Assembly (NCBI GenBank): GCA_049840735.1
Contig: JASGJN010000020.1
Span: 352,001 to 416,000, forward strand
Source: Anaeromyxobacter sp.
GTDB taxonomy: Bacteria; Myxococcota; Myxococcia; Myxococcales; Anaeromyxobacteraceae
Direction of reading: 5' to 3'
Length of the DNA stretch: 64,000 nucleotides
Part shown: positions 1 to 11,818 of the stretch, piece by piece
How the letters are laid out: the number at the start of each line of letters is the position of its first letter
How positions within the stretch are numbered: position 1 is the stretch's first letter
Program-made: the position numbers and the translations under genes
The notes under the pieces: model-generated
What the model was told of the DNA's origin: nothing
What the model saw: the letters and a program-made list of their open reading frames with translations, nothing else
Databases searched by the model: none

Positions 1-597
1 ACCTTGGCGGCGCAGTCCTCGATGCGGCTGCGCAGCGCCTGGGTGCCCATGCCGGCGAAGACCACCGAGTGGATGGCGCCGATGCGGGCGCAGGCCAGCA
101 TGGTGACGATCCCCTCCGGCGTGAGGGGCATGTAGACGATCACCCGGTCGCCCTTGCGGACGCCCAGCTTCTTGAGCGCGTTGGCGAACCGGTTCACCTC
201 GCGGTAGAGCCGGTTGTACGTGAACGTGTGCTCCTCGCCGTCCTCGCCCACCCAGAATCAGCGCGGCCTTCAGGCGGCGCGAGCCGTATACGTGGCGGTC
301 GATGCAGCTGACGGTGGGGTTGAGCTTGCCGCCCAGGAACCACTGGTGGCGCGAGCCCTCCACCCGCACCACCTCCTTGAACGGCTCCATCCACTCCACC
401 AGCTTGGCCTTCTCGCGCCAGAACCCCTCGCCGTCGCGGGCCGCGAAGGACCGCTCCACGGTGTCGTTGGCGATGTGGGCCTGCTGCGCCAGCCAGACCG
501 GCGCCTCGATGACGCGCTCGTCGCGGGAGAGCGCGTCGATGGCGGCGCGCTGCGCCTCGGTCAGTTCACCCAGCGTGGCCACGGACTCTTCCGCCAT
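1..597 (-). CDS. acs: Acetyl-CoA synthetase, N-terminal part (runs off window start); apparent +1 frameshift at 255-259
   Basis: Manual translation from ATG 597 (GAGGTG RBS): [10 protein letters not shown]...[15 protein letters not shown]...[18 protein letters not shown]...[48 protein letters not shown]...[17 protein letters not shown]; frame restored by reading GAATC as GATC. Confidence 0.9.
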   Translation of the reverse strand, partial: MAEESVATLGELTEAQRAAIDALSRDERVIEAPVWLAQQAHIANDTVERSFAARDGEGFWREKAKLVEWMEPFKEVVRVEGSRHQWFLGGKLNPTVSCIDRHVYGSRRLKAALILGGRGRRGAHVHVQPALPRGEPVRQRAQEAGRPQGRPGDRLHAPHAGGDRHHAGLRPHRRHPLGGLRRHGHPGAAQPHRGLRRQG

Positions 598-748
598 GAG
601 GCACCTCGGGGACGAGGCGCGGCAGGAGCCGCCGCGCCGGGGAAGGGGTCGATGCTAGCCGACCCGCCCCCGTGCGGCGCAAGGCCGCAGGCTCACCCGG
701 TTGGGGCGACGGGCGCCCGCCCCCTGACGTCCGAAGCCTGCGCTGGGG

Positions 749-3182
749 TCACTGCGCGTAGCCGGCGCGCGCCAGCAGCGTGGCCTCGTCGAACCAGAGG
801 TTCCGCGCCAGGCTGGCCGCGGTGTCCCGGTCGAGCGTGACCAGCGTCGACCCGGCCCAGTTCCAGAGCCGGTTCTGCGCGTCCCACAGGTCGATTCTGC
901 AGCCCCAGCCGGCGCGCCAGCCCCAGCACCGCGGCCAGCTCCGCCGCGCGCGCCGCCGGGGCCTTCCCCGCCAGCAGCGCCGAGAGCCGCTGCGAGACCA
1001 GCGCCTCCACGTCGCGCCGGACGGGCGGCAGGTTGAGGTGCGCCCCCAGCCGGCGGGCCAGCTCCACCGTGGAGGCCAGCTCGGCCTCCGCCGAGGCCAG
1101 GTCGACGGCGTCGGCGCGGGCCGCGCCGGTGACGCGCAGCAGCCGGCGGGTGAGCGTCACGTCGGCGGCGACGCGCAGCGGCCCGGGCACCGGCGAGTCG
1201 ATGGTGCGCAGGAACTCCATCAGCCGCCGGTTGTCCTCGAAGATGGCCAGGTAGTCGTCCTCGTACCGCTGCATCGTCCCCTCGAGCAGCACCGCCGCCA
1301 CGTCGCGGCGCTCGTCGAGGAAGAGGTCGCCCAGGCCGTAGTCGCGCCCGGGGAAGTAGCGGTCCACCTCGCGCAGCAGCTGCGCCAGCGAGGCCGACGG
1401 GGAGCGGGCCAGCAGCGCCCCCTCGACCTCGGCCAGGTGCTCGTGCCCGCGGTAGGGGGTGAGGCCGGTGCGGAAGTCGGCGGCGCCGAAGTGGAGCACG
1501 CAGTAGAGCGCGTCCATCCGCTCGCGGGTGAGCAGGTGCTCCAGCTGCAGCCGGCCGATGGCCAGCGAGACCGGGCCGGACTGCGCGGCGCGCCGCCCCT
1601 CCAGCCTGTAGCTGTAGCAGAAGACCCGGCCGGCGTCGGGCACCGGCCGGACCGAGCTGGCGATGGCCAGGTGGGCGCCCACGCCCTCCAGCGTCACCAC
1701 GCTGGGCTTCACCAGCGCCTGGTAGACGCGGCGCCCGTCGCCGATGGCCGGGTCGTTGGAGGGGGCGCGGGCCAGCGCCGCCTCGAAGCCCGGCTCCAGG
1801 TCCAGGCCCACCAGGTCGCGGGCCAGCTGGATGGCGCGGGCGGCGTACTTGAGCACCTGCACCGTCTCGATGCCGGAGAGCTCGGAGAAGAACCAGCCGC
1901 AGCTCGTGTACATGAGCAGCGACTGCCGCTCCAGCTCCAGCAGGCGCAGCGCCCGCACCTGCTCGTCGGCGGGCAGCACCCGGCCCGCCTCGCGGCGCAG
2001 CCAGTCGGCCACCTCCCGCCGCTCCGGATCCAGCACCAGCTCCACGTAGCGATCCCGCGCCAGCCACGGGTCGGCGAAGATGGGCGCCGCCGCCCGCTCG
2101 TAGATCCCGTCCAGCTTGTCGCGCAGCTCGTCCAGCGCCGCGCGCAGCGGGCCGCGCCAGTGCTGCCGCCAGCCCGGGCCGCCGCCGGTGTGGCAGCCGC
2201 AGTCGGAGCGCCACCGCTCGATGCCGTGCGCGCAGCTCCAGCTCGAGCCCTCGGCGATCTCCGCCTCCCACTCGGCCGGGACCCGGTCCAGCGCCTGGCC
2301 CAGGTTGACCACCTCGAGATCCGTGCGCTTGGCCAGCATCCGGAGCGCGCCGGCCAGCACCTCGTCGCCGCCCTTCTTGTGGTGGCCCAGCGTCTCGCCG
2401 TCAAAGGCGATGGTCAGGATCTCGTCGTGCTCGCGCCCCGGGTCGAAGCCGGCGGTGAGCCGGTCGATGAGCGCCTGCGGCGAGCCGAGCGCGCCGCCGA
2501 AGGCCAGGTCGCGCGCGATGTGGCCGTCGTAGAAGAAGACCACCAGCTCCTGGTCGCCGGCCTTGACGCGGTACGGGCGCGTGGGATCGAAGCGGGCGTC
2601 GCGCGCGTCCTGCCACTCGCCGCCCGGCGCCCGCACGCGCACGCACTGGTAGGGCGAGAGGACGGTGTAGCGGATCCCCTCCTCCACCAGCGCGGCCAGC
2701 GTGGGCGTGTCGGCCGCCGTCTCCGGCAGCCAGAAGCCGTCCGGCGCGCGGTGGAAGCGGCGCCTGAAGTCGGCGATGCCCCAGCGGATCTGCGTGCGCC
2801 GGTCGCGGGGGGAGGCCAGCGGCAGGATGGCGTGGTTGTAGCCCTGGGCCAGCCCGTTGCCGTGCCCGCGCCCCTCCTGGCTGCGGGCGTCGGCCTCCAC
2901 CACGCGCGCGTAGGTCTCGGGCCGGTGGCGCTCCAGCCAGGCCAGCAGCGTGGGGCCGAAGTTGAACGAGAGGTGAAGGTAGTTGTTGACGATGTCGGCG
3001 ATGCGGTCGCCGGCGTTCTTGACGCGCGCGGCGCCGTTGGGCCCGTAGCACTCCACGGCGATCCGCTCGTTCCAGTCGTGGAAGGGCTCGGCGGAGTCCT
3101 GGACCTCGATGGCCTCGATCCAGGGGTTCTCACGGGGGGGCTGGTAGAAGTGGCCGTGGAGGCAAAGCAGTCGGCGCGACAT
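749..3182 (-). CDS. Glycoside hydrolase family 57 / DUF3536 protein; apparent +1 frameshift at 893-897
   Basis: HGHFYQPPRENPW, HAILPL, FWLPETA, DGETLGHH, SWSCAHGIERW and MYTSCGWFF motifs; GAAGGAG RBS before ATG 3182; corrected C-terminus LQIDLWDAQNRLW...AGYAQ* ends at 749. Confidence 0.85.
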
Positions 3183-3416
3183 GTGCTCCTTCATCGGTGA
3201 CTCGGGACCTACACAGCGTACGCAATCATGGGTCCACCCGAGGGGACCTTCATAGGCCGGATAGTACCTTAGAGGGCGCTCCCTTGTACGCCTATGGAGC
3301 ACCCGCTAGTGTCCTCGGCCTATCGATCAGGCCGGCGAAGCGACGCATCTCCCTGGGTGCGCGCATGGTGCGAGCGCCTCTGCGTCGGGTCCCTGCCTGA
3401 CCCTGGAGGCACCACC

Positions 3417-6400
3417 ATGTCCCTGCTTCGCCGTGAGCTCATCCCGCTCGCGGCGCTCGCTGCCTGCATCGCCTGCGGGCAGTCGAGCGCTCCCTCCAAG
3501 TCCAATCCCGCGAGCCCGAGGCCGACCGCCCGGGCCTCGAGCACCGCCACGGCGCCGGCGCCGCAGGCGCAGCTGAGCGGCCCCGCCAACCTCGACGTCC
3601 GCGCCGCGCGCGGCCCGGTGCAGAAGTCGACGGCCCTCGCCGCCCTGGGCGGCCGGCGCGCCTCGATCGACCCGGCGCTCGGCGTCCCGGCGTTCCTGTG
3701 GGGTGACCGCGCCGCGCCGGTCGGCGTCAAGGCCGGCGACGCGGTGGCCGCCGCCCGCGCGCACCTCGGCCAGAACGGCGCAGCGTACGCGCTCCGCTCC
3801 TCCGACGTCTCCGCCGCGAAGGTCGTGGCGGTCCACGACACCGGCCGCGGCGCGATCATCGTCAAGCTCCGGCAGGAGCTGGACGGGGTCGAGCTGTTCC
3901 GCGACGAGGCCTCCGTCGCCATGGACCGCGAGCTCAAGCTCGTGGCCATCTCCGGCTCGCTCGCGCCGGTCGCCTCGCGGCGGACCGCGCTGGCCGCCGG
4001 CGTCTCCCGCTTCCGGCTCGACGCTCGCGGCGCCATCGCCGCCGCCCTGTCCGACCTCACCGGCCAGGTCTTCGGCGCGGGCGACGTGCTGCCCACCGGC
4101 ACCCGCGGCAAGTACACGCAGGCGGCGCTGGCCGCGGCCACGAGCGCGGCCCGGCCCGAGCTGGCCATCCCGCCCGCCCGCGCCAAGCAGGTCTGGTTCC
4201 GCGAGGCCCAGCGGCTCGTCCCGGCCTGGTACGTCGAGGTCGGCGCCTCCAGGGCCGGCCGCCCCGACTCGCTGCAGTACGCCTACGTGGTGAGCGCGGA
4301 CGACGCCGCCGTCCTCTTCCGGAAGAACCAGGTCTCCCACGCGCCCTACCGGTACCGGGTCTGGGCGGATCCCACCTCGTTCCTCCCGGACGACGGCCCG
4401 CAGGGCCTGGCCGGTACCCCGCACCCGACCGGCCTGCCCGACGGCTTCCAGGCCGACTTCGTGCCGCAGGCGCTGGTCGAGGTGGACGAGGTGAGCGCGA
4501 CCCGCGACGACCCCTGGCTGCCCGCCGACGCGGCCACCGCCTCCGGCAACAACGCCTTCGCCTACGCGGACCTGGGCGGCGCCGACGGCTACGACGACGG
4601 CGTCGATCTGCCCGGCCTCCCCTCGGCCGCGGGCGTGTTCGACTACCCCTACGACTTCGGCGAGGAGCCCTACGCCACCGAGGCGCAGGTGCAGGCGGCC
4701 GTGGCGCAGCTCTTCTACGACGTGAACTTCTTCCACGACTGGTACTACGACTCCGGCTTCACCGAGGAGTGGGCCACCGCCCAGGCCAGCAACCACGGCC
4801 GCGGCGGCGAGGAGGGAGACGCCATGCGGGCCGAGGCGCAGGACTTCAGCGGCCTCGACAACGCCAACATGTGGACGCCCTCCGACGGCCTCTCGCCGCG
4901 CATGCAGATGTACCTGTTCACCGGCAACGGCGCGGTGAACCTCCAGATCTCCGCCCCGGCCGCCATCGCGGGCACCTACCCGACCGGCTACGCCGACTAC
5001 GGCCCGCAGTCCTTCGACCTGACCGGCGAGGTGGCCTACGCGGTGGACGGCGCCGCGCCGACCGGCGACGCGTGCACCGCGCTCACCAACGTCGTGACCG
5101 GGAAGATCGTCCTGGTGGACCGCGGCGCCTGCAACTTCACCATCAAGGTGCAGAACGCCATCAACGCCGGCGCCGCCGGCGTCCTCATCCGCAACAACGT
5201 GCCCGGCGCGCTCATCTACCCGTCCGCCCCGGGCTTCCCGTCCGCCATCCCCATCCTCTCCCTGACCCAGGCCGACGGCGCCGCCATCCTGGCCCAGCTC
5301 GCCATCCCGGAGGTCGTCACGGTCCGGATGGTGCGCGAGGCCGCCCAGATGCGCGACGGCACCCTCGACAACCTCATCGTGGCGCACGAGTGGGGCCACT
5401 ACATCAGCAACCGCCTGGTCGGGAACGGCGCCGGCCTCGACACCAACCAGTCCGGCGGCCTGGGCGAGGGCTGGGGCGACATCCACGCCCTGCTGCTCGC
5501 CGTCCGCGAGGAGGACGCCGAGGTCGCGGCCAACGAGGGCTTCGGCGGCGTCTACGGCATGGCCGGCTTCGTCATGAGCGGCAAGGACGCGCTCGGCGGC
5601 GGGAACCAGGGCTACTACTTCGGCATCCGCCGCGTGCCCTACTCCACCGACCTGCACAAGAACCCGCTGACCTTCAGGCACATCGCCGACGGTGAGGCGA
5701 TCCCCGCCGAGCTGGACGGCGTGCCCATCCCGCTCCAGCTGAACGGCGTGCCCAACTCCGAGGTGCACAACACCGGCGAGGTGTGGGCCACCATGCTGTG
5801 GGAGTGCTACGCGGCGCTGCTCCGCGACACCGACCGGCTCTCCTTCGCCCAGGCCCAGGGACGGTTCAAGGACTACCTGGTGGCGGCCTACAAGCTCCTG
5901 CCGGCCAACCCCACCCTGCTCGACGCCCGCGACGGCATGCTGGCGGCGGCGCTGGCCAACGACCCGGCCGACTACGAGCTGTTCTGGCAGGCCTTCGCCA
6001 AGCGCGGCGCGGGCAAGGGGGCCGTCGGCCCCGACGCCTACTCCGAGGACAACCTCCCGGTGGCCGAGAGCTTCGAGGCCGGGCCCGACCTCGAGATCGC
6101 GCACGCGGACTTCGGCGCGGTCTCCACCACCTGCGACGACGCCGACGGCACGCTCGACTCTGGCGAGGCCGGCACCCTCACGCTCCACCTGGCCAACACC
6201 GGCGCCCAGGCGCTCGAGGCCTCCACGGCCACCATCGCCGCCGACGTGGCCGGCCTCACCTTCCCGGACGGCGACACCGTCCAGGTGCCGGCGACCGCGG
6301 CGGGCGCCACGGCCGAGGTGCAGGTGCGGGTGGCCCTCGAGGGCGTCACCGCGCCCACTCCCGCCACCCTCACCCTCACCTTCCCCGACGGCTTCCTGCT

Positions 6401-7712
6401 GCTCGGGCCCGACGTCACGACGACCGTCACGCTGCACCAGGACACCGTCCGTGACGCGTCCCGCGTGGACGAGTTCGAGGCGGGCCTCGCCGCCTGGACG
6501 ACCGAGGAGGTGCCCGCCCGCGTGCCGACCTGGGGTCCCGACGCCGGGTACGCCTTCGCGCCGGACAACTCGGTGGTCAGCGACATCTCCCTGGTCTCGC
6601 CGGTCCTGTACCCCACCGAGCAGCCGCTGGTGGTCTCCTTCCTCCACACGCACCTGTTCGAGTTCGCCGGCTACGACGCCGACGAGATCCCGGTCGGCTA
6701 CGACGGCGGCGTGGTCGAGCTCCGCGAGCTCGACGCCCAGGGCGAGGGCGAGTGGGTGGACGCCGGCGCCGGCGCCTACAACGGCTGGCTCATCGACGGT
6801 GGCCTGAACCCGCTCGAGCTGCGTGACGCGTTCGTCTACGTCAACCCGAGCTTCCCGGACCTCGACCTGGTCCAGCTCGACCTGGGCACGGCCTACGCCG
6901 GCAAGGCGGTCCAGCTCCGGTTCCGGATCGGCACCGACATCTTCACGGGCTCGGGCGGCTGGATCCTCGACTGGGTGGGGGTGGAGGGGATTGCCAACAC
7001 GCCGTTCCCGATCCAGTCGGCCGACGCCCGCCGCTGCGAGAACCGGCAGCCGGTCGCCGACGCCGGCGCGGCCCAGGACGTCGACGAGGGCGCGCTGGCC
7101 ACCCTGGACGGCTCCGCCTCGTCCGATCCGGACGGCACCGCGCTCACCTTCGCGTGGACCCAGCTGTCGGGCGTGACCGTCACCCTCGCGGGCGCGGACA
7201 CCTCCGCGCCCACCTTCACCGCCCCGGCGGTGTCGGGTGACTCGCACCTGGTGTTCCAGCTGACCGTCTCCGACGGCGCGCTCAGCAGCACCTCCACCAC
7301 GGCGGTGACCATCCTGAACCTCGACCAGGCGCCGGTGGCGGACGCCGGCGACGACCAGACCGTGGACGAGCGCAAGCTGGTGGTGCTCGACGCGACCGGC
7401 TCGTCGGATCCGGACGGGACGGCCCTGCAGTACGCCTGGGTCCAGACCGCCGGCCCGACCGTCACGCTGTCCGGGGCCGCGACGCCCCGCCCGTCCTTCA
7501 CCGCCCCGGCCGTGGGCAGCACCACCGCGCTCACCTTCCAGGTGACGGTGAGCGACGGCACGCTGACCGCGACGGACACCGTGTCCGTCTCGGTCAAGAA
7601 CACCGACAAGAGCGGCGGCTGCACCACCGCGCCGGGCGCCGCCAACCCGGCCCTGCTGCTCCTGCTGGCGGTGGGGGCCCTGCTCCTGCCGCGGCGCCGC
7701 GCCACGCGGTGA
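3417..7712 (+). CDS. M36 (fungalysin) metallopeptidase with propeptide, PA domain, two PKD/Ig-like repeats and MYXO-CTERM tail
   Basis: HEWGH zinc motif, [19 protein letters not shown] motif [13 protein letters not shown]; two PVADAG..LDGS.SSDPDG repeats; C-terminal SGGC + hydrophobic stretch + RRR; lipobox-like LAACIAC. Confidence 0.9.
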   Translation: MSLLRRELIPLAALAACIACGQSSAPSKSNPASPRPTARASSTATAPAPQAQLSGPANLDVRAARGPVQKSTALAALGGRRASIDPALGVPAFLWGDRAAPVGVKAGDAVAAARAHLGQNGAAYALRSSDVSAAKVVAVHDTGRGAIIVKLRQELDGVELFRDEASVAMDRELKLVAISGSLAPVASRRTALAAGVSRFRLDARGAIAAALSDLTGQVFGAGDVLPTGTRGKYTQAALAAATSAARPELAIPPARAKQVWFREAQRLVPAWYVEVGASRAGRPDSLQYAYVVSADDAAVLFRKNQVSHAPYRYRVWADPTSFLPDDGPQGLAGTPHPTGLPDGFQADFVPQALVEVDEVSATRDDPWLPADAATASGNNAFAYADLGGADGYDDGVDLPGLPSAAGVFDYPYDFGEEPYATEAQVQAAVAQLFYDVNFFHDWYYDSGFTEEWATAQASNHGRGGEEGDAMRAEAQDFSGLDNANMWTPSDGLSPRMQMYLFTGNGAVNLQISAPAAIAGTYPTGYADYGPQSFDLTGEVAYAVDGAAPTGDACTALTNVVTGKIVLVDRGACNFTIKVQNAINAGAAGVLIRNNVPGALIYPSAPGFPSAIPILSLTQADGAAILAQLAIPEVVTVRMVREAAQMRDGTLDNLIVAHEWGHYISNRLVGNGAGLDTNQSGGLGEGWGDIHALLLAVREEDAEVAANEGFGGVYGMAGFVMSGKDALGGGNQGYYFGIRRVPYSTDLHKNPLTFRHIADGEAIPAELDGVPIPLQLNGVPNSEVHNTGEVWATMLWECYAALLRDTDRLSFAQAQGRFKDYLVAAYKLLPANPTLLDARDGMLAAALANDPADYELFWQAFAKRGAGKGAVGPDAYSEDNLPVAESFEAGPDLEIAHADFGAVSTTCDDADGTLDSGEAGTLTLHLANTGAQALEASTATIAADVAGLTFPDGDTVQVPATAAGATAEVQVRVALEGVTAPTPATLTLTFPDGFLLLGPDVTTTVTLHQDTVRDASRVDEFEAGLAAWTTEEVPARVPTWGPDAGYAFAPDNSVVSDISLVSPVLYPTEQPLVVSFLHTHLFEFAGYDADEIPVGYDGGVVELRELDAQGEGEWVDAGAGAYNGWLIDGGLNPLELRDAFVYVNPSFPDLDLVQLDLGTAYAGKAVQLRFRIGTDIFTGSGGWILDWVGVEGIANTPFPIQSADARRCENRQPVADAGAAQDVDEGALATLDGSASSDPDGTALTFAWTQLSGVTVTLAGADTSAPTFTAPAVSGDSHLVFQLTVSDGALSSTSTTAVTILNLDQAPVADAGDDQTVDERKLVVLDATGSSDPDGTALQYAWVQTAGPTVTLSGAATPRPSFTAPAVGSTTALTFQVTVSDGTLTATDTVSVSVKNTDKSGGCTTAPGAANPALLLLLAVGALLLPRRRATR

Positions 7713-7720
7713 CCAGAAGC

Positions 7721-7753
7721 GCGGGCGGGCGGCCTCCGGGCCGGCCCGCCCGC
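7721..7753 (+). terminator. GC-rich hairpin after the M36 gene, possible terminator (no U-tract)
   Basis: GCGGGCGGGCGGCC-TCCG-GGCCGGCCCGCCCGC inverted repeat just after the stop. Confidence 0.35.
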
Positions 7754-7857
7754 CTGCAGCCCTGGACCGGCGCGGCGGCGCTCCCGCCCGCCGGTCCTTC
7801 CATTTCCGGCTGCCCGCCGGTTGCGCCCCGGCCCGCCCTGGCCTATTCGTCGGGGCC

Positions 7858-8649
7858 ATGCGCGTCGCGCTCACCATCGCAGGCTCGGACTCGGGCGGAG
7901 GGGCCGGCATCCAGGCCGATCTCCGCACCTTCGCCGCCCACCGGCTCCACGGCACCTCGGCCATCACCGCGGTCACGGCCCAGAACTCGGTGGGCGTGAG
8001 CGGCTGGGTGGCGCTCGAGCCGACCATGGTGGTGGCGCAGATCGAGGCGGTGGCCACCGACATGGCCGTGGCCGCCAGCAAGACCGGCATGCTGGCCAGC
8101 GCGGCCATCATCTCGGCGGTGGCGCACGCCGCCAGCCGCTTCGCGCTCGGTCCGTTGGTGGTGGACCCGGTCATGGTGGCCAAGAGCGGCGACCGGCTGC
8201 TGGACGCCGCCGCCGAGCGCGCCTACCTGGACGAGCTCCTGCCGCGGGCGGCGCTGGTCACCCCCAACCTGCACGAGGCGGCGGTGCTCGCCGGCCGCCC
8301 GGTCCGCGACCTGGACGACATGCGCGAAGCCGCCCGGGTGCTGCACGGCCGCGGCGCGCGCGCGGTGCTGGTGAAGGGCGGCGCGCTGGAAGGCCAGGCG
8401 GTGGACGTCTTCTTCGACGGCCGCGCGCTGACCGAGATCCCCGGCCCCTGGGTGGACACCCGCAACGTGCACGGCACCGGCTGCACCCTCTCCGCCGCCA
8501 TCGCCTCGCGCCTGGCGCTGGGCGACGGGCTGCTGGACGCGGTGAAGGCGGCCAAGGCCTACCTGGTGGAGGGGCTCCGCTCCTCGTACACGGTGGGACG
8601 CGGGCGCGGCCCGGTGGACCACCTGCACCCGCTCACCCGCGGGCGCTGA
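7858..8649 (+). CDS. thiD: Hydroxymethylpyrimidine/phosphomethylpyrimidine kinase
   Basis: [47 protein letters not shown]. Confidence 0.95.
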   Translation: MRVALTIAGSDSGGGAGIQADLRTFAAHRLHGTSAITAVTAQNSVGVSGWVALEPTMVVAQIEAVATDMAVAASKTGMLASAAIISAVAHAASRFALGPLVVDPVMVAKSGDRLLDAAAERAYLDELLPRAALVTPNLHEAAVLAGRPVRDLDDMREAARVLHGRGARAVLVKGGALEGQAVDVFFDGRALTEIPGPWVDTRNVHGTGCTLSAAIASRLALGDGLLDAVKAAKAYLVEGLRSSYTVGRGRGPVDHLHPLTRGR

Positions 8650-8670
8650 GCGCCGGGGCCGGTCCGGGCG

Positions 8671-9003
8671 TCAGAGCGTGATCACCTGGTCGACCCTGGC
8701 GCCGGAGAGCGCCTTGTACAGGTCGGGGAAGCAGCCGATCGGCACGCCGTCGATGAGCTGGTCGGCGATGGCGCGCTGGTAGCAGCACTGGTCGCAGCCC
8801 ATGAGCAGCATGCCGGTGCGGCGGGCGACCGCCGCCAGCCGCTCGCCGGTGGGGTTCCCGCGGACGAGCAGGTAGTTGTTGTCCACGAAGAAGAACATCC
8901 CAACCACGGTCGCGCCGTGGCGGTCCTCCTCCAGCTGCGGGACGATCATCTTCTCGAGGATGAAGGACGCGTTGGGCGTCGAGAACACGTAGGCGACGTT
9001 CAC
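8671..9003 (-). CDS. DsrE-related (SaoD-like) sulfur-transfer protein
   Basis: GTG start overlapping upstream stop (GTGA); NVAYVFSTPNASFILEKMIVPQLEE...GMFFFVDN...GCDQCC...GCFPDLY...DQVITL resembles SaoD/DsrE proteins. Confidence 0.7.
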   Translation of the reverse strand: MNVAYVFSTPNASFILEKMIVPQLEEDRHGATVVGMFFFVDNNYLLVRGNPTGERLAAVARRTGMLLMGCDQCCYQRAIADQLIDGVPIGCFPDLYKALSGARVDQVITL

Positions 9004-9353
9004 CGTGGACTCCCTGTGGAGGCAGCCGCGGCGTGGACCGCCCCGGCCACCAGCTCGGCCCGGTCGTGATGGACCGGGTGCACGCCGCGCAGCGCGGCGC
9101 GCAGCCCGGCGGCGGTGACGGAGGCAGGCGGTGCGCCGGCCTCGAGCTGCTCGCACGCCACCTCGGCGTACGCCAGCAGGCTGGCGCAGGTCGTGGCCCG
9201 GTAACGGGCGCGCACCACCCGCCCTCGGTCCAGCCAGAGCCCCACCCTCACGTGCAGCCGCTCACCGCCCCAGGCCTCGCCGATGCTGGCCGCCCCCTCC
9301 AGCGGCGCGGCGCGGTGGAGCGCGGACAGGCGGTCAGCGACGGTCTTCGGCAC
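9000..9353 (-). CDS. NifU/IscU N-terminal-like small protein (divergent)
   Basis: IGEA..G..LHVRVGL...RVVRARYRATTCASLLAYAEVACEQLE resembles the IscU/SufU core; translationally coupled to the DsrE-like gene. Confidence 0.6.
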   Translation of the reverse strand: MPKTVADRLSALHRAAPLEGAASIGEAWGGERLHVRVGLWLDRGRVVRARYRATTCASLLAYAEVACEQLEAGAPPASVTAAGLRAALRGVHPVHHDRAELVAGAVHAAAASTGSPR

Positions 9354-9408
9354 CCCGTCGGATTAACACGGCGCCGCGCTCGGCGGTGGGCCCGCTCGGG
9401 CCGACCGA

Positions 9409-10008
9409 TCACCTCGGCGGTGGCGGGAAGGTCCGGGCCGCGCGACCCGCCCGCAGCGTCTCGCCCCACCAGAGGAGCTGATCCAGCAGCGCCTCGGCGC
9501 GCGCCAGGTGGTGCGGATCCCTGGGCGAGCCGGTCTCGTCCAGCGCCCGCCCGACGAAGGGGATGTTCACCTCGTCGCGCACCGCGGCCATCTGCAGCTC
9601 CACGATGACCTGGCGCAGCTGCTCCACCGCGCGCACCCCGCCGGCCACGCCGCCGTAGCTGACGAACCCCACCGGCTTGCCGTTCCAGCCGGCGTAGGCG
9701 TGGTCGAGCGCGTTCTTGAGCGCGCCGGGGTAGCCGTGGTTGTACTCCGGCGTCACGATCGCGAAGGCATCGCAGCCGCTCACCGCCGCCACCCAGGCCC
9801 GCTGCTCCGGGCGCGGCCAGTCGTGCTCGGCCACCTTGGGGTGGCGGGGATCCACCAGGAACGGCAGGCCGATGACCTTGAGGTCCAGCTCCACGACCTC
9901 GAGCTCCGGCCGCCGGGCGGCCACCCCGCGGAACCAGCGGGCCACCTTCTCGCCCATCCGGACGTCGCGCGTGCTGGCGGTGATCACCCCGAGCCTGAGC
10001 GTTGCCAT
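9409..10008 (-). CDS. NADPH-dependent FMN reductase family protein
   Basis: ITASTR, VTPEYNHGYPGALKNALD, KPVGFVSYGG.AGGVRAVEQLR; AGGAGG RBS. Confidence 0.9.
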   Translation of the reverse strand: MATLRLGVITASTRDVRMGEKVARWFRGVAARRPELEVVELDLKVIGLPFLVDPRHPKVAEHDWPRPEQRAWVAAVSGCDAFAIVTPEYNHGYPGALKNALDHAYAGWNGKPVGFVSYGGVAGGVRAVEQLRQVIVELQMAAVRDEVNIPFVGRALDETGSPRDPHHLARAEALLDQLLWWGETLRAGRAARTFPPPPR

Positions 10009-10056
10009 GTGGACCTCCTCCTACACCTGCGAACACTGGCCCTGGGCCGAACGCGG

Positions 10057-10104
10057 CCGTTCGCCCTGAGCGTAGCGGCGCGCAGCGCCGCGGAGTCGAA
10101 GGGC
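10057..10104 (+). repeat. REP-like unit A (partial inverted arm at 10041-10053)
   Basis: CCGTTCGCCCTGAGCGTAG-CGGCGC GCA GCGCCG-CGGAGTCGAAGGGC; same arms at 15201, 15263, 31674, 33270, 33330. Confidence 0.85.
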
Positions 10105-10210
10105 GCCCCTCCCCCGGCCACATGCCGGGGCCCCCACCCCGCTCCTGAAACCTGGTCTAGCCGCGCGAGCGCCCCACCACAAGCCGGAGCCTCGGGTAGA
10201 CTGCCGCGCC

Positions 10211-11368
10211 ATGCGAAAGAAGATCCTGCTCCTCGGCTCCGGCGAGCTCGGCAAGGAGTTCGTCATCGCCGCCCAGCGGCTCGGCCAGGAGGTGGTGGCC
10301 GTCGACTCCTACGACGGCGCCCCGGCCCAGCAGGTGGCCCACGCCCGCGAGGTCATCCCCATGCTCGACGGGGCGGCGCTCGACGCGGTGGTGGCGCGCC
10401 ACCGGCCCGACCTGATCGTCCCGGAGATCGAGGCCATCCGCACCGAGCGGTTCTACGACTACGAACGCCAGGGCATCCAGGTGGTGCCCAGCGCCCGGGC
10501 CGCCAACTTCACCATGAACCGCAAGGCCATCCGCGACCTTGCGGCGCGCGAGCTGGGGCTCAGGACCGCCCGCTACGCCTACGCCTCCACGCCCGAGGCC
10601 TTCCGGGCCGCGGTGGCGGACATCGGCCTGCCCTGCGTGGTGAAGCCGCTCATGTCCTCGTCCGGCAAGGGGCAGAGCGTGGTCCGGACCGAGGCCGACG
10701 TCGACGAGGCCTGGGCCTACGCCATGCGCGGCACGCGCGGCGACCTGCGCGAGGTGATCGTCGAGGCCTTCATCCGCTTCGAGTCGGAGATCACGCTGCT
10801 CACCGTGGTGCAGCAGCGCGGCCCCACCCTCTTCTGCCCGCCCATCGGCCACCGCCAGGAGCGCGGCGACTACCAGGAGAGCTGGCAGCCGCACCCGGTG
10901 GCGCCCGCCCTGCTGGCCGAGGCGGAGCGGATGGCCGGCGCGGTCACCGAGGCGCTGGGCGGCGCCGGGCTGTACGGCGTCGAGTTCTTCCTGGGCAAGG
11001 AGGAGGTCTGGTTCTCCGAGCTCTCGCCCCGCCCGCACGACACCGGGATGGTGACGCTGGCCGGGACGCAGCCCTTCTCCGAGTTCGAGCTGCACCTGCG
11101 GGCCGTGCTGGGGCTGCCCATCCCCGAGGTGAAGCTGGTCCGCCCCGGCGCCAGCGCCGTGATCCTGGCCACCGACGAGGGGACGCCGGACGTCCGCGGC
11201 CTGGCCGAGGCGCTGGCCCAGGCCGGCACCGACGTGCGCATCTTCGGCAAGCCTGTGAAGCGCCCTCACCGGCGCATGGGCGTGGCGCTGGTCTCCGGCC
11301 AGCCCGGCGACGACGTGCGCGGGCTGGTGGAGCGGGCCAAGGCGGTCGCGGCCAAGGTGACGGTGTAG
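10211..11368 (+). CDS. purT: Formate-dependent phosphoribosylglycinamide formyltransferase
   Basis: [56 protein letters not shown]. Confidence 0.97.
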   Translation: MRKKILLLGSGELGKEFVIAAQRLGQEVVAVDSYDGAPAQQVAHAREVIPMLDGAALDAVVARHRPDLIVPEIEAIRTERFYDYERQGIQVVPSARAANFTMNRKAIRDLAARELGLRTARYAYASTPEAFRAAVADIGLPCVVKPLMSSSGKGQSVVRTEADVDEAWAYAMRGTRGDLREVIVEAFIRFESEITLLTVVQQRGPTLFCPPIGHRQERGDYQESWQPHPVAPALLAEAERMAGAVTEALGGAGLYGVEFFLGKEEVWFSELSPRPHDTGMVTLAGTQPFSEFELHLRAVLGLPIPEVKLVRPGASAVILATDEGTPDVRGLAEALAQAGTDVRIFGKPVKRPHRRMGVALVSGQPGDDVRGLVERAKAVAAKVTV

Positions 11369-11461
11369 CCGCCGGGGCGCAGGGCGTGTCCGCCTGGACA
11401 CGCCCGCGCCGCTCGCCGCCGCCAGGGGCCGCCAACAGGCCGGTTTCAGCCGGCCCGCGTC

Positions 11462-11477
11462 CGGCACGCTGGGTGCA
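11462..11477 (+). promoter_or_regulatory. Candidate sigma54 -24/-12 promoter
   Basis: CGGCACGCTGGGTGCA (GG-N10-GC) ~45 nt upstream of ATG 11523. Confidence 0.45.
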
Positions 11478-11522
11478 ATCCCAGGAAGCGTGGTCCATCA
11501 CCCCTTCCTGAGGTCCCCTTCG

Positions 11523-11753
11523 ATGAAGTCCCGCCTGCTCTGGTACTCCCTGGCCTTCGCGCTCCTCGCCGCCTGCTCGCGCGGCAAGCCCGAGGCGGCT
11601 TTCGCGCCGCAGCCGCCCTCGCCGGAGCCCCTCGCCGCCGCCCTGTTCCCGGCGCCTCCCTCGGAGTTCAAGCCGACCTTCAGGCCGGCCGAGCCCGAGC
11701 CGCAGCCCACGTCCGAGGAGGTGGCGGCCTTCAACGCCCCCGTGCCGAAGTAG
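11523..11753 (+). CDS. Small Pro-rich lipoprotein
   Basis: MKSRLLWYSLAFALLAAC lipobox; GAGG RBS; host-like codon usage. Confidence 0.7.
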   Translation: MKSRLLWYSLAFALLAACSRGKPEAAFAPQPPSPEPLAAALFPAPPSEFKPTFRPAEPEPQPTSEEVAAFNAPVPK

Positions 11754-11818
11754 CGCGCGCCCGCCGGGCCATCGGGGCCCGCTCGTGGCTCGACAGGCTC
11801 ACCACGAGCGGGCCCGCT

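Noticed and set aside
7713..7857. TPP riboswitch upstream of thiD
   Set aside because: No CTGAGA or other TPP aptamer core visible
3327..8183. Very long antisense or alternate-frame ORFs (e.g. 3327-8183, 780-3200, 15257-17839, 20908-23796, 40520-43708, 44615-47905)
   Set aside because: Shadow ORFs expected at extreme GC; low-complexity R/G/A/P products that overlap well-supported genes
7858..9353. thiD and the sulfur-relay pair as one thiamine operon
   Set aside because: Genes are convergent and no thiS/thiF/thiG is present
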